A stretch of 64,000 nt of DNA, from the NCBI GenBank assembly GCA_963716725.1, contig CAVQUB010000032.1, positions 256,001-320,000 of the forward strand, given 5' to 3'. The notes beneath the pieces are model-generated. The model was not told the DNA's origin and ran no database searches. It was given only the letters and a program-made list of their open reading frames with translations. The DNA is from an uncultured delta proteobacterium. Lineage in GTDB: Bacteria; Myxococcota_A; Polyangia; Polyangiales; Polyangiaceae. Position numbers and translations under genes: made by a program. Of this stretch, positions 46,519 to 56,650 are shown piece by piece. Each line of letters begins with the position of its first letter. Positions within the stretch are counted from its first letter, which is position 1.

Positions 46519-47481
46519 ATGACCGTCGACTCGCTTTGGACGTGTCGCGCCGGCTTTGAGCGGGACCTCGCCGAAGAGCTGGAGCAGGGTCGGGTGCTCG
46601 GGCCCGCGCTGGCCCGCGGGCGGAGGCCGAAGGCCGGTCTGCCGACCTTTGGCCGGCAGGGCATGCCCATCGCCGCGCAGACCGGCACCAAAGCGGATCC
46701 GTGTCTGTCCCTTGTCCGCGAGCTGACCGGTGACGGTGCTTTCTCGCTCCACGTGTGGGTTCCTGACAGTGACGCGGGCAACCAGTTGACCGGGCTCGCC
46801 GATCAGCTCGGTCGCGATCTGCGCGCTGGGCTCGGCGACCGCTCGGCGCGCGAAGTCCGTGCCGACCGGCTTGCCGCCACCGAGCCGCTCGTGCAAGTCG
46901 CCGTCGTCGCGCCTGATCAGGCATTCATCGGAGCGTCGCCGGTGGGCGAGGTGGCATCGAATTGGCCGGGCGGGCGGGCGCGCATGAAGCTGCCGCCCGG
47001 CGCCCCATCGCGAGCCACGGCGAAGGTACTCGAGGCCATCAGCTGGATCGGCATCGGTCCGGGGCCCGGCGAGACTTGCGTCGATCTCGGCGCAGCGCCC
47101 GGTGGCTGGACCTTCGCACTGCTCGCTCGTCGGGCGCGGGTCATCGCGGTCGATCGCGCCGCCATGGCTCCGATCATCGCCAAGGATAGGCGACTGAAAC
47201 ACCTGCGCGGCAACGCTTTCGAATTTAGGCCTGACGAGCCAGTGGATTGGCTCTTCTGCGACATGGTCCACAAGCCGGCGGAGGTCGCGCGCCTGATTGC
47301 GCGCTGGGGCCGCGAAGGCATGGCGCGCCTCGTCGTGTCGAACCTGAAGCTGCCCATGAAGCGGCGCGTGGCTGCGGTCGAGGAGGCCCGCCGTATCGTC
47401 CGCGAGGGCGGCTGGAAGGACCTCCGAACTCGCCAGCTCTACCACGATCGCGACGAGATCACGCTCTTTGCCCACGCCTGA
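46519..47481 (+). CDS. rlmM: 23S rRNA C2498 2'-O-methyltransferase-like protein
   Basis: APSRATAKVLEA, DLGAAPGGWT, WLFCDMV, NLKLPMK, QLYHDRDEIT. Confidence 0.85.
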   Translation: MTVDSLWTCRAGFERDLAEELEQGRVLGPALARGRRPKAGLPTFGRQGMPIAAQTGTKADPCLSLVRELTGDGAFSLHVWVPDSDAGNQLTGLADQLGRDLRAGLGDRSAREVRADRLAATEPLVQVAVVAPDQAFIGASPVGEVASNWPGGRARMKLPPGAPSRATAKVLEAISWIGIGPGPGETCVDLGAAPGGWTFALLARRARVIAVDRAAMAPIIAKDRRLKHLRGNAFEFRPDEPVDWLFCDMVHKPAEVARLIARWGREGMARLVVSNLKLPMKRRVAAVEEARRIVREGGWKDLRTRQLYHDRDEITLFAHA

Positions 47482-47528
47482 CGTGGGGCTTGGGCCCTGC
47501 TCGGCGCTTTGCTAGGAGATCGTCACCC

Positions 47529-48494
47529 ATGTCCGAACCGCGTCTCCACAACGTCCTGATCATCGGCTCCGGCCCCGCCGGCCTCACTGCGGCGATCTAC
47601 GCCGCCCGCGCGAACCTGAAGCCCTTCTGCGTCGAGGGCTTCAACGCAGGCGGCCTGATCCCCGGCGGACAACTCATGTTCACCACCGACGTCGAGAACT
47701 ACCCGGGCTTTCCCCAAGGTGTGACCGGCCAGGAGATGATGGGGAAGTTCCGCGAGCAAGCGGAGCACCAGGGTACGGAGATCGTCACGGCGGACGTGCA
47801 GAAGGTCGACTTCTCGTCTAGGCCTTTCAAGGTTTGGGTCGGCGAAGACGAGAACGTGCTGCACCTTGCCAAGAGCGTGATCATCGCGACGGGTGCCCGC
47901 GCCAACTACGTTGGCCTGCCCAACGAAGAGAAGCTCAAGAACAAGGGCGTCAGCGCTTGCGCAGTCTGCGACGGGGCGCTGTTCCGGAACAAACCCGTAG
48001 CCGTCGTGGGTGGGGGCGACACGGCCATGGAAGAGGCGAGCTACCTCGCCGGCCTGTGCTCGCGCGTGACCTTGATTCACCGCCGCGACGAGTTCCGCGC
48101 TTCGAAGGCCATGCAGCAGCGCGTCGTCGCCAATCCGAAGATCGAGATCCTCTACAGCCACGTGGTCGAAGATGTGCTCGATGTCTCCAAAGACCAGGTG
48201 ACCGGCGTACGCGTCAAGGACCTGAAGACCGGCGATTCGCGCACGGTGGACGTGAGCGCGATGTTCGTCGCCATCGGTCACACTCCCCTGACGGACCTCT
48301 TCAAGGCCCAGCTCGAGCTGCATTCGAACGGCTACCTGAAGGTCGAGCCGGGCACGCCCCGCACCAGCATGCCCGGCGTGTTTGCCGCGGGTGACGTCGC
48401 CGATTGGGTGTATCGCCAGGCGGTCACGGCGGCCGGTACCGGCTGCATGGCCGCGCTCGAAGCCGAGCGCTGGCTTCAGGCGAACGAGCACTGA
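47529..48494 (+). CDS. trxB: Thioredoxin-disulfide reductase
   Basis: IIGSGPAGLTAA, GGQL, SACAVCDG, GGGDTAMEEA, HRRDEFRAS, GVFAAGD, YRQAVTAAG. Confidence 0.96.
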   Translation: MSEPRLHNVLIIGSGPAGLTAAIYAARANLKPFCVEGFNAGGLIPGGQLMFTTDVENYPGFPQGVTGQEMMGKFREQAEHQGTEIVTADVQKVDFSSRPFKVWVGEDENVLHLAKSVIIATGARANYVGLPNEEKLKNKGVSACAVCDGALFRNKPVAVVGGGDTAMEEASYLAGLCSRVTLIHRRDEFRASKAMQQRVVANPKIEILYSHVVEDVLDVSKDQVTGVRVKDLKTGDSRTVDVSAMFVAIGHTPLTDLFKAQLELHSNGYLKVEPGTPRTSMPGVFAAGDVADWVYRQAVTAAGTGCMAALEAERWLQANEH

Positions 48495-48500
48495 CGAGCG

Positions 48501-49367
48501 ATGCCCTCGACGGAGCCCGACCCGCGAGACGAGCTGCGCGTGCTGGCCGCGGCCCTCGCCGCCCACGCAGACTGGCAACAGGCCACCGGCGCGAGTGGCC
48601 TGCCGGCTGCGACCGCCGAGATCGCGCGGGCGCGTCGGGGACCAGACGACGCACTGCCTGATGAGAGGCCGCCGGGCGCAGGAACTCACGCGCTCTCGCC
48701 CTCGCCTCCGGCTTCCCCCAGGTCCGATGCTCCGCGGGCAGCGACCGCTACGGCGTCTTTACCGGCCGCGATTGTCGACCCCACCGAGCGCAAGCGAGCG
48801 CTGGACCTCATCGCCGCTCAGGTAAGCGAGTGCGCTGCCTGCGGACTGCACTCGGCGCGAAAGCAGGCCGTCTTCGCGCGCGGCATTGGGAGCTCGGGTC
48901 TGTGCTTCGTGGGTGAGGGGCCGGGAGCCGAGGAGGACGAGCAGGGCCTCCCCTTCGTGGGAGCAGCCGGCCAGCTCTTGGACAAGATGATCGAAGCGAT
49001 GGGGTTTTCCCGCGACGAGGTGTACGTCGCAAACATCGTGAAGTGCCGGCCCCCGAACAACCGCAAGCCCGCGGCCGACGAGATGGCCGAGTGTGTGCGT
49101 TACCTCGAGCAGCAGATCGCCGTTCTCAATCCCGAGGTCATCGTCGCGCTCGGCGCAACGGCGGTGCAGGGTCTGCTCGGCACCACGGAAGGCATTACGC
49201 GCCTCCGAGGCAAGTGGAAGCTGTACAAAGGCCGCATCGCGGTGATGCCGACCTTTCATCCTGCGTACTTGCTCAGAACTCCGAGTGCGAAGCGCGAGGT
49301 TTGGACGGATCTGCAGTCGGTGCTGAGGCAGATGGGGCGCTCGGTGCCGGAGCCCAAGAAGGGCTGA
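48501..49367 (+). CDS. Family 4 uracil-DNA glycosylase (4Fe-4S)
   Basis: CAACGL, VGEGPG..ED.QG.PFVG, NIVKCRPPNNR, TFHPAY. Confidence 0.92.
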   Translation: MPSTEPDPRDELRVLAAALAAHADWQQATGASGLPAATAEIARARRGPDDALPDERPPGAGTHALSPSPPASPRSDAPRAATATASLPAAIVDPTERKRALDLIAAQVSECAACGLHSARKQAVFARGIGSSGLCFVGEGPGAEEDEQGLPFVGAAGQLLDKMIEAMGFSRDEVYVANIVKCRPPNNRKPAADEMAECVRYLEQQIAVLNPEVIVALGATAVQGLLGTTEGITRLRGKWKLYKGRIAVMPTFHPAYLLRTPSAKREVWTDLQSVLRQMGRSVPEPKKG

Positions 49368-49835
49368 ATGGGGTCGCGCCTCGATCGCCCCAGCGGCGTT
49401 TGGCTCGGCCGCGCGGTCCGAGTCGTGCTGGTGGTCCTCGGCGTCGCGCCCATCGTCACGCCGTTCTTCGCACAGCTGCCCGGGCTCCGCCTGATCGCGC
49501 TGCCCTTCGAGACCTGGTTCGAGTTCCAATGCCACCGCGAATTGGGGCGGTCCTTTGACCTCTTCGGGGTGGTGATGTCGGTGTGCTCGCGCTGCTTCGG
49601 GATCTACTTCGGCCTCGGGCTCGGCGCACTGGTACTCCGACCGCGCCTCGACGCCTGGCCGCTTCGCATCTGGGTGGGCCTTGGAGCCGTCGTGATGCTC
49701 TTGGACGTTGCGACCGAGGGCCTTGCGATGCGGCCGCCCTCCGGCTGGGTGAGGGTCGTCACCGGACTCTTCTTGGCGTATCCGGTGGGAGCGGCTTTGG
49801 TGCTGGCGGCGCGGGGTGAGCAATCGGAGCAGTGA
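49368..49835 (+). CDS. DUF2085-type membrane protein
   Basis: QCHR...RSF...VCSRCFGIY motif with TM helices. Confidence 0.8.
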   Translation: MGSRLDRPSGVWLGRAVRVVLVVLGVAPIVTPFFAQLPGLRLIALPFETWFEFQCHRELGRSFDLFGVVMSVCSRCFGIYFGLGLGALVLRPRLDAWPLRIWVGLGAVVMLLDVATEGLAMRPPSGWVRVVTGLFLAYPVGAALVLAARGEQSEQ

Positions 49836-49845
49836 GCGCGGGCTA

Positions 49846-50012
49846 GGTGCGGGGTCGGGGTCGGGGTCGGGGTCGCGTGCGGGGTCGGGGTCGGGGTCGG
49901 GGTCGCGTGCGGGGTCGGGGTCAGGGTCGGGGTCGCGTGCGGGGTCGGGGTCAGGGTCGGGGTCGCGTGCGGGGTCGGGGTCAGGGTCGCGTGCGGGTGC
50001 GCGTGCGGGGTC
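49846..50012 (+). repeat. Hexamer microsatellite array A, (GGGGTC/GCGTGC)n, with 30-bp higher-order unit
   Basis: GTGCGGGGTCGGGGTC(G/A)GGGTCGGGGTCGC repeated about 4.5 times. Confidence 0.95.
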
Positions 50013-50115
50013 AGTGAGCGTGGGGCTGCACGTTGCGGTTGGTCCTGCGGAGAACGCGCACGAAACGCGCCGCCGCGGAGCGCGGCGTCACGCTTCCTGC
50101 GCGGAGGGGGGGGGC

Positions 50116-50472
50116 ATGACCGACCGCAACACTCCGCCCCGCTTCCTACTGCCCCATCACAAGCTCGTCGCCTACCAGGTCGCGGTCGAGCTTCTGCTCG
50201 CCGTGCGCAAGGCGAATGTGCGCGATGCGAAGCTTCGCGACGAAGCCACGCGAGCCGCCAAGAGCACTTGTCTCAACTGCGCTGAGGGAGCGGGTCGCGT
50301 CACGCGCCGAGACAAGGCGCGGGCGTTTGCCATCGCACGCGGCGAGGCGGTGGAGGCCGTCGCCGCTGTCGAGATCGCTTCGCTCACGGGCGACGCGTCG
50401 GCGGAGGATGCCGCGCGGTGTGTCGCGATTGGGAATCGCGTTGTGGCGCTGCTCACGGGATTGATTCGGTAG
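50116..50472 (+). CDS. Four-helix-bundle protein (23S rRNA IVP / Avd-like fold), copy 1
   Basis: [12 protein letters not shown]...[22 protein letters not shown]...[15 protein letters not shown] matches the family pattern L..YQ.A...L.DQ..RAA.S...NIAEG.GR...F..ARGS..E; 118 aa. Confidence 0.88.
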   Translation: MTDRNTPPRFLLPHHKLVAYQVAVELLLAVRKANVRDAKLRDEATRAAKSTCLNCAEGAGRVTRRDKARAFAIARGEAVEAVAAVEIASLTGDASAEDAARCVAIGNRVVALLTGLIR

Positions 50473-50507
50473 GGGTTGGGGGGCTGAATCCGAGGAAGAA
50501 AATCCCT

Positions 50508-50668
<161 letters not shown>

Positions 50669-50680
50669 AGTGAGCGTGGG

Positions 50681-51015
50681 CTTCGACGCTATCGAGAATT
50701 GACCCGGGTCTGCTCTCGAGAACAGACCCACCGTCGGCGGCGACCGTGCACGACGTGCTTGACAGTGTCCGATGCGGTTGCGCACCCTGGACCTGTCCCC
50801 CGGCAACGTCCGCCGGGTCCGCGTCGAGCGAAGCGGCATTCCCGCTGGGAATCGCGTAGCTCGACGCGGTGCTCGCCACGAGGTGAGCAGGCCGTCCGAG
50901 GCACCTTCGACTCTTCTTGGCGCGCGCCAAACGACCTGCTCACCCCGAGTCCGAGCGAATTTTGGGGGTCCGTTTTGGCGAGCACAAAGGGGTCCATTTC
51001 CGGCAAGCGCTGAAG
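50681..51015. mobile_element. 335-bp non-autonomous insertion element (MITE-like, IS21-like ends)
   Basis: Terminal IR CTTCGACGCT / CTTCAGCGCT(rc); two subterminal repeats ending GACCC at each end with 24-bp period; perfect 8-bp flanking direct repeat AGCGTGGG (50673-50680, 51016-51023); no transposase. Confidence 0.8.
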
Positions 51016-51113
51016 AGCGTGGGGCTGCGCGTTGCGGTCGGTCCTGCGGAGAACGCGCACGAAACGCGACGCCGCGGAGCGCGGCGTCACGCTTCCTGCG
51101 CGGAGGGGGGGGC

Positions 51114-51470
51114 ATGACCGACCGCAACACTCCGCCCCGCTTCCTACTGCCCCATCACAAGCTCGTCGCCTACCAGGTCGCGGTCGAGCTTCTGCTCGCC
51201 GTGCGCAAGGCGAATGTGCGCGATGCGAAGCTTCGCGACGAAGCCACGCGAGCCGCCAAGAGCACTTGTCTCAACTGCGCTGAGGGAGCGGGTCGCGTCA
51301 CGCGCCGAGACAAGGCGCGGGCGTTTGCCATCGCACGCGGCGAGGCGGTGGAGGCCGTCGCCGCTGTCGAGATCGCTTCGCTCACGGGCGACGCGTCGGC
51401 GGAGGATGCCGCGCGGTGTGTCGCGATTGGGAATCGCGTTGTGGCGCTGCTCACGGGATTGATTCGGTAG
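51114..51470 (+). CDS. Four-helix-bundle protein, copy 2 (identical protein to copy 1)
   Basis: Same 118-aa translation; CDS nucleotides appear identical. Confidence 0.88.
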   Translation: MTDRNTPPRFLLPHHKLVAYQVAVELLLAVRKANVRDAKLRDEATRAAKSTCLNCAEGAGRVTRRDKARAFAIARGEAVEAVAAVEIASLTGDASAEDAARCVAIGNRVVALLTGLIR

Positions 51471-51505
51471 GGGTTGGGGGGCTGAATCCGAGGAAGAAAA
51501 TCCCT

Positions 51506-51768
<263 letters not shown>

Positions 51769-51777
51769 CGCCGTAGA

Positions 51778-53634
51778 TCAGGGCCGCTCGGAGGGCTTGG
51801 CGTGGCTCACCGCCGAGGCGTCGTACATCGTTCGGATCGCGCTCGAGTTGCGCTCGCGGATGCGCTCCCGGCGGGGCTTCAGCGTCTCTGTCAGCTCGCC
51901 CTCGGCCACGCTGAGCTCGCGATCGAGCACGGTGAACTTCCGGATCTGCTCGAAGCGAGAGAGCCGCCTGTTCATGTCGTCGATGTCGAGCTGGAGCATG
52001 GCTCGTAGCTCCGGATCGCGGGAGAGCGCGGCGGGGTCGGTGCCGCGTCGGTGATCCGCGGCCCAGGGGCGTACTGTGGTCATGTCGAGCGCGACGAGCG
52101 CTACCAAGAAGCGCTCGCGGTCGCCGATCACCACGGCCTGGCTGATCCACGGGGACTGGCAGAGCAACCGCTCGAGACCCTGCGGCGCGACGTTCGAGCC
52201 GCCGGCCGTGACGATCAGGTCCTTCTTGCGATCCACGATGGTCAAGAAGCCTTCGGCGTCGACGCGCCCGACGTCGCCGGTGTGAAGCCAGCCCTCGGTG
52301 TCGATGACCTCGGCCGAGGCCTCCGGCTGGCCGAAGAACCCCAGCATCGAGCCGGGGCCGCGCAGCAGGATCTCCCCGTCCCTCTCGATGCGCATTTCGA
52401 CGCCCCGCAGCGGCTGTCCGACGCTGCCGAAGCGGTACTTATCGCGTCGATTCACGTGGGTGCAGCCGCACATCTCCGTGAGGCCGTAGCCCTCGAGGAC
52501 CAAGATGCCCATCGCGTGAAACCACTCGGCGAGGTCCTTCGAGAGCGGGGCGCCGCCGCTCACGGCGAAGCGCAGACGGCCGCCGAAGCGCTCGCGCACC
52601 TTCGACAGTGCGATCTTGTCCGCGTAGCGGTGGCGCGCTGCGAGGAGCCCCGAGGGCGAGTCCCCGCGTTGTAGCGCGCGGGAGGTCGACAGGCCGATGC
52701 CCACCGCCCACCGCCATAGGCGCTCCTTCACGGCGCCTTCAGCCCCCGCGTTCTCGGTCGCCACCGTGAACACCTTCTCGAACAAGCGGGGAACCGAGAC
52801 GAAGAAGGTCGGGCGGACCTCATTGAAGCTCTCGATCACCCGGTGCATGCCGTCCGCGAACGCGGTGCGGGCGCCGCCCGCGACGGAAGCGAAGAGCACG
52901 ACACGGGCAAGGATGTGCGCGAGCGGGAGGAACATCAGCTGCTCGTCGTCGGCCCTCACCGGCACCGCTTCGAGCAAAGCGTCGACTTGACTGAGCAGGG
53001 CGCCGTGCGTGAGCACAGCGCCGCGGGGAACGCCGGTAGTGCCTGAGGTGTAGACGATCGTCGCCGCGTCGGTCGGCCCGACTTCGGCCCGTCGTTGTTC
53101 GAAGCGCGCTGCGGCCTCAGCGTTGAGCGCGAGGGCGTTGGCGTCGCGGAGCGCCTCCAGCCAGCGCCGAACCACGAGCGGCGGTCCATGGGGCCGGGTG
53201 ATGGGCTCGATGGGGGATCCCGGTTCGAAGACCACCACGTCTTCGAGGGTCGCCAGGGCGTCCCCGGAGCCCGCGAACTGGGCGAGTTGTGACGGGCCTT
53301 CGACGAAGGCGCGTCGCGCGCCGCAGTTCTCGAGGATTGTTGCGATCTGCTCCGAGGTCGCGGTCGGGTAGACGGGAACGGTGACGCCTCCCGCCCCCAG
53401 TACCCCGAAGTCCACCATGCACCACTCTTCGCGAGTGTTCGACAAGAGCAACACGCGGTCGCCCTTGCCCAGCCCGCTCTCGATCAGCGCGATGGACAGG
53501 GCCCGACTGACGTCACGCCACTCGCGCCAGCTCTCGCCGCTCCAACGTCCGGACTTCTTGGTCCGCAGCGCGACGGCGTCGCCGCTCGCTGCGACCCGGC
53601 GTTCGAGCAGGTCTTGCAGGTGCCGCGCGGTCAT
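51778..53634 (-). CDS. Long-chain fatty acid-CoA ligase (AMP-dependent)
   Basis: YTSGTTGVPRG, FLPLAH, VPRLFEK, SGGAPL, EGYGLTE, WLHTGD, DRKKDLI. Confidence 0.92.
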   Translation of the reverse strand: MTARHLQDLLERRVAASGDAVALRTKKSGRWSGESWREWRDVSRALSIALIESGLGKGDRVLLLSNTREEWCMVDFGVLGAGGVTVPVYPTATSEQIATILENCGARRAFVEGPSQLAQFAGSGDALATLEDVVVFEPGSPIEPITRPHGPPLVVRRWLEALRDANALALNAEAAARFEQRRAEVGPTDAATIVYTSGTTGVPRGAVLTHGALLSQVDALLEAVPVRADDEQLMFLPLAHILARVVLFASVAGGARTAFADGMHRVIESFNEVRPTFFVSVPRLFEKVFTVATENAGAEGAVKERLWRWAVGIGLSTSRALQRGDSPSGLLAARHRYADKIALSKVRERFGGRLRFAVSGGAPLSKDLAEWFHAMGILVLEGYGLTEMCGCTHVNRRDKYRFGSVGQPLRGVEMRIERDGEILLRGPGSMLGFFGQPEASAEVIDTEGWLHTGDVGRVDAEGFLTIVDRKKDLIVTAGGSNVAPQGLERLLCQSPWISQAVVIGDRERFLVALVALDMTTVRPWAADHRRGTDPAALSRDPELRAMLQLDIDDMNRRLSRFEQIRKFTVLDRELSVAEGELTETLKPRRERIRERNSSAIRTMYDASAVSHAKPSERP

Positions 53635-53659
53635 ACCGAGACCCGGCAGGTCTCCTGGC

Positions 53660-55387
53660 TCAGAGTCCGATCACGTAGCCGAGGCTGGGTTCGATGACCT
53701 GGCCAGTGGTGGGCAACATGAACATGAGGTTCAGGTTGAGCTGGAAGCCGCTGTTCTGGCTGGTCGCGTACACGACTCCGCCGTTCAGGCCCACGAAGCT
53801 CTGCCCGAGCTTCTTGTAGGCATCGAGCTTGACCTCTTTGCCGGCGGGGCTCTTGGTGGGAGCATCAGCGCAGGCCTTGTCCGGGCAGTCCCAGACCGTG
53901 ACGGGCAGCTTCGCGTCGACCTGGGCGAGGCCGCCGCCGCCGCCGATGTAGGGACGGAACCCTTTCTTCGAGAAGACGTCCTTGCCCAGCCAATACTTCA
54001 CCCGAGCTTCGGCGTGGAAGGGCAAGAACTTCACGTCCTTCTTCTCGCCCGCCGCGGGTCCGCCGTTGAAGGCGTAGCCGAGCCGGGCGCCGACGGTGAT
54101 GTTCGACCCGAGCACACGATCGAACGAGAGCATCACGCGAGCCGTTCCGGGAGCTACGCCGGTCGAGATCTTGTTGGCAATGCCCTGCTGGGGCAGCCCG
54201 GTGTACTGGTCTTCGGTGCCCTCGCGGAAGCACGCAAAGCCTTCATTGTCTTGGCTGTCTTTGGAGCAGACGTTCTCGCCGCCGACGATCGCGAGATCGT
54301 AAGCCGCGTGGAAGCCGAGCCAGTTCTTCTTGAAGGGACCACTCGGACCGCTCGAGTCGCACTTTCCGCCGACGCACTTGGCGCCGCTCGAACAGTCAGC
54401 GTCCACATCGCAGGTCTGCCCCTGCTCGCAGGTACCGTTGACACACGAGAGGCCCGACTGGCACTCGTCGGTGGAGCCGCAGGATGAGCCCCAGGCCTTG
54501 GTGCCGCCCGCGCCCTTCTTGCACCCGGGGAAATCCGGAGGGCACTCCTCCTGTTCGGCACAGCGCGCCGGAGGGTCCTTGTCCGGGAACGCCGGGGCGT
54601 CCTGGTCGGTCTGCGGAACGACCGATACCTCGACGGGTTTGCTCTTGGTGCCGTAGGTGTCCACGGCCTCGCCGGAGGCGTCGAGGGCGCGAATGTAGAA
54701 GCGAAGGGTGCCAGCGAGTTGGGTGGCCGAACAGGGGATTTCCCCAAGAAAGGCGTCGCCCTTCTTGCTCATCTTGACGGTCTTCCACTGCTCGCCGCCG
54801 AACTCCTTGTACTTGAGCTCGGCCTTGGTGGCCTCTTCTTCGCTGGTGCACGAAATGGGAATGGCGCGGCGGGTCTGAACCTCCGTCGCCCTGGGCTCGC
54901 ACTCCATGCTGCCCGCGGTGTCGGACTTTGGGGGCTTCTTGCCGCCCTCGCCGCCCTCGCCGCCTTCGCCGCCCTCGCCGCCGGCGCCACCGGTGCCGCT
55001 ACTGCCGCTGCCCTGCACCTCACCGAAGGCCTTCTTGGTCTCCGGGGTCGCGAGCGCGTCGTCGAGCGTGACCTTGGAGTCGGCGGCGACGGCCTTCTGG
55101 AAGGCTTCCTTGGCGCCCTTGAGGTCGTTCTTGCCGCTGCCGCGCACGATGCCGACGTACATCCATGCCTTCGCGATCACGCTGCCGCTGCACTTGTCGC
55201 CGCAAGCGTTGATCGTCCCCGTCAGGGTCGCCTCGGCCTTGTCGAAGTCCGTCGCCAGGTAGTGGACGTTGATGGCTTCGTCGATCTTCTTGGTCGCGGC
55301 GGCGTCCCGGGGGGCTGCCGAGACGGTCGCGGCGGCGAATACAACGAGGGCGGCGGTGATGAGCTTCAGGAGCGGTCGGCGATACAC
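53660..55387 (-). CDS. Secreted protein: TPR-like N-terminus, Cys-rich middle, beta-barrel-like C-terminus
   Basis: Signal peptide, AKEAFQKAV helix pair, CPPDFPGC/C...C..G..C repeats, amphipathic strands at the C-terminus. Confidence 0.7.
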   Translation of the reverse strand: MYRRPLLKLITAALVVFAAATVSAAPRDAAATKKIDEAINVHYLATDFDKAEATLTGTINACGDKCSGSVIAKAWMYVGIVRGSGKNDLKGAKEAFQKAVAADSKVTLDDALATPETKKAFGEVQGSGSSGTGGAGGEGGEGGEGGEGGKKPPKSDTAGSMECEPRATEVQTRRAIPISCTSEEEATKAELKYKEFGGEQWKTVKMSKKGDAFLGEIPCSATQLAGTLRFYIRALDASGEAVDTYGTKSKPVEVSVVPQTDQDAPAFPDKDPPARCAEQEECPPDFPGCKKGAGGTKAWGSSCGSTDECQSGLSCVNGTCEQGQTCDVDADCSSGAKCVGGKCDSSGPSGPFKKNWLGFHAAYDLAIVGGENVCSKDSQDNEGFACFREGTEDQYTGLPQQGIANKISTGVAPGTARVMLSFDRVLGSNITVGARLGYAFNGGPAAGEKKDVKFLPFHAEARVKYWLGKDVFSKKGFRPYIGGGGGLAQVDAKLPVTVWDCPDKACADAPTKSPAGKEVKLDAYKKLGQSFVGLNGGVVYATSQNSGFQLNLNLMFMLPTTGQVIEPSLGYVIGL

Positions 55388-55506
55388 GGGGCTGTTCTCT
55401 CCGTAAGGTGTTCGTGGGAAGTTTGAAGCTTGGGCCGGCCAGGGGGCGTCCCCGTGCCCCCGGCGCGAGTCCGCTCACATGCGGATGGCGGTGGGCGGAC
55501 AAGGCA

Positions 55507-56650
55507 TCAGTTGTTCTGGGTCTTCGGGCAGCCCTCTTTGGCTCCCTCGGTGCGTACGAACTGAACGCGGCGGTTCAAGGCCATGTTCACCTCGGAGTTG
55601 TTCGGCACGAGCGGTCGCTCGAAGCCGTAGCCGTGGGAGGTGAGGCGGCTGGCGGACAGGCCATGCGACACCAGGTACTTCATGACGGAGGCGGCGCGTT
55701 TGTCGCTCAGGGTCTTGTTGTACTTGGCGCTTCCGCGATTGTCGGTGTGGCCCTGGACTTCGATCTTGATGTCCGGGTTCTTGCCGAGCACCTCCACGAC
55801 TGCGTCGAGGACCGCATGCGACTCTTTGCGGATGACGGCCTTGTTGTATTCGAAGTGGATCTGCTGGGTGATCTTCACTTCGCAATCGGTGACCAAGACC
55901 AGCGCCGGTTTGGCCGGGCAGCCCAGGGGCTCTTGCGTCGCGGAGCCGATCTCGTTGGGGCACTGATCCTTCAGATCCGGAACCGTGTCCTTGTCGTTGT
56001 CGAGGTCGGGGCAGCCGTCGTCGTCTTCGTAGCCGTCGGGATCTTCGGGATCGTTCGGGCACTTGTCCTTTGCGTCCAAGATGCCGTCCAAATCGTTGTC
56101 GACCTCGGGGCAGCCGTCGTCGTCGAGGTACTGATCTTTGTCTTCGGCCTCGAGCACGCAGGCGTCGACGGAGTCGGTCAGGCCGTCGCCGTCGGTGTCC
56201 GGATCGTCGGGGCAGCCGTCTTCGTCCTTGAAACCGTTGAAATTCTCCGGCTCGTCGGGGCAGCCGTCGGCGGGGTCGAGATAGCCGTCGCCGTCACGAT
56301 CGCCCGGCGCGGGCTTGGGCTTGGGCTTCATCTCGACGAAGCCGCGCTCGGCGCAGTACTGCGGAGGCGACAGAAAGACCGCCGCGTGCGCGTTTGGCTC
56401 GGCGAGCCAGAGGTGCCGCTTGGCTTTGGAAATGAACCCTTGGTCGAGTTCCATCGCGGCGAACTTGAGGTGGCTCTGGGCGGTGGCGAGCTCACGCGGC
56501 GCGCAGCGCACGGCGCCGTTGCGCTCTGCCTGATCTGCGACCTTGGTCGAGGCCCTCGATCGTGCCCCGAAGCTTGGGGCCCTGCGCACAGGCAGCGAAC
56601 ACGGTCGTCGGCAGTGCGATCACGAAGATCCATTGCAGCGCTCGGTTCAT
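55507..56650 (-). CDS. OmpA-family lipoprotein with DUF4398-like and TSP3 repeats (frameshift near 56543)
   Basis: MNRALQW...FAAC lipobox; D.DGDG..D..D.CP repeats; IHFEYNK, VQGHTD, LSDKRA, NRRV. Confidence 0.88.

Noticed and set aside
50086..50101. sigma54-like motif CGTCACGCTTCCTGC before the 4HB genes
   Set aside because: The invariant GG of the -24 element is GT in both copies; too weak to call.
49816..50115. In-frame GS-repeat N-terminal extension of 4HB copy 1
   Set aside because: Hexamer repeats lack stops by construction; copy 2 has no such extension, and a strong RBS precedes ATG 50116.
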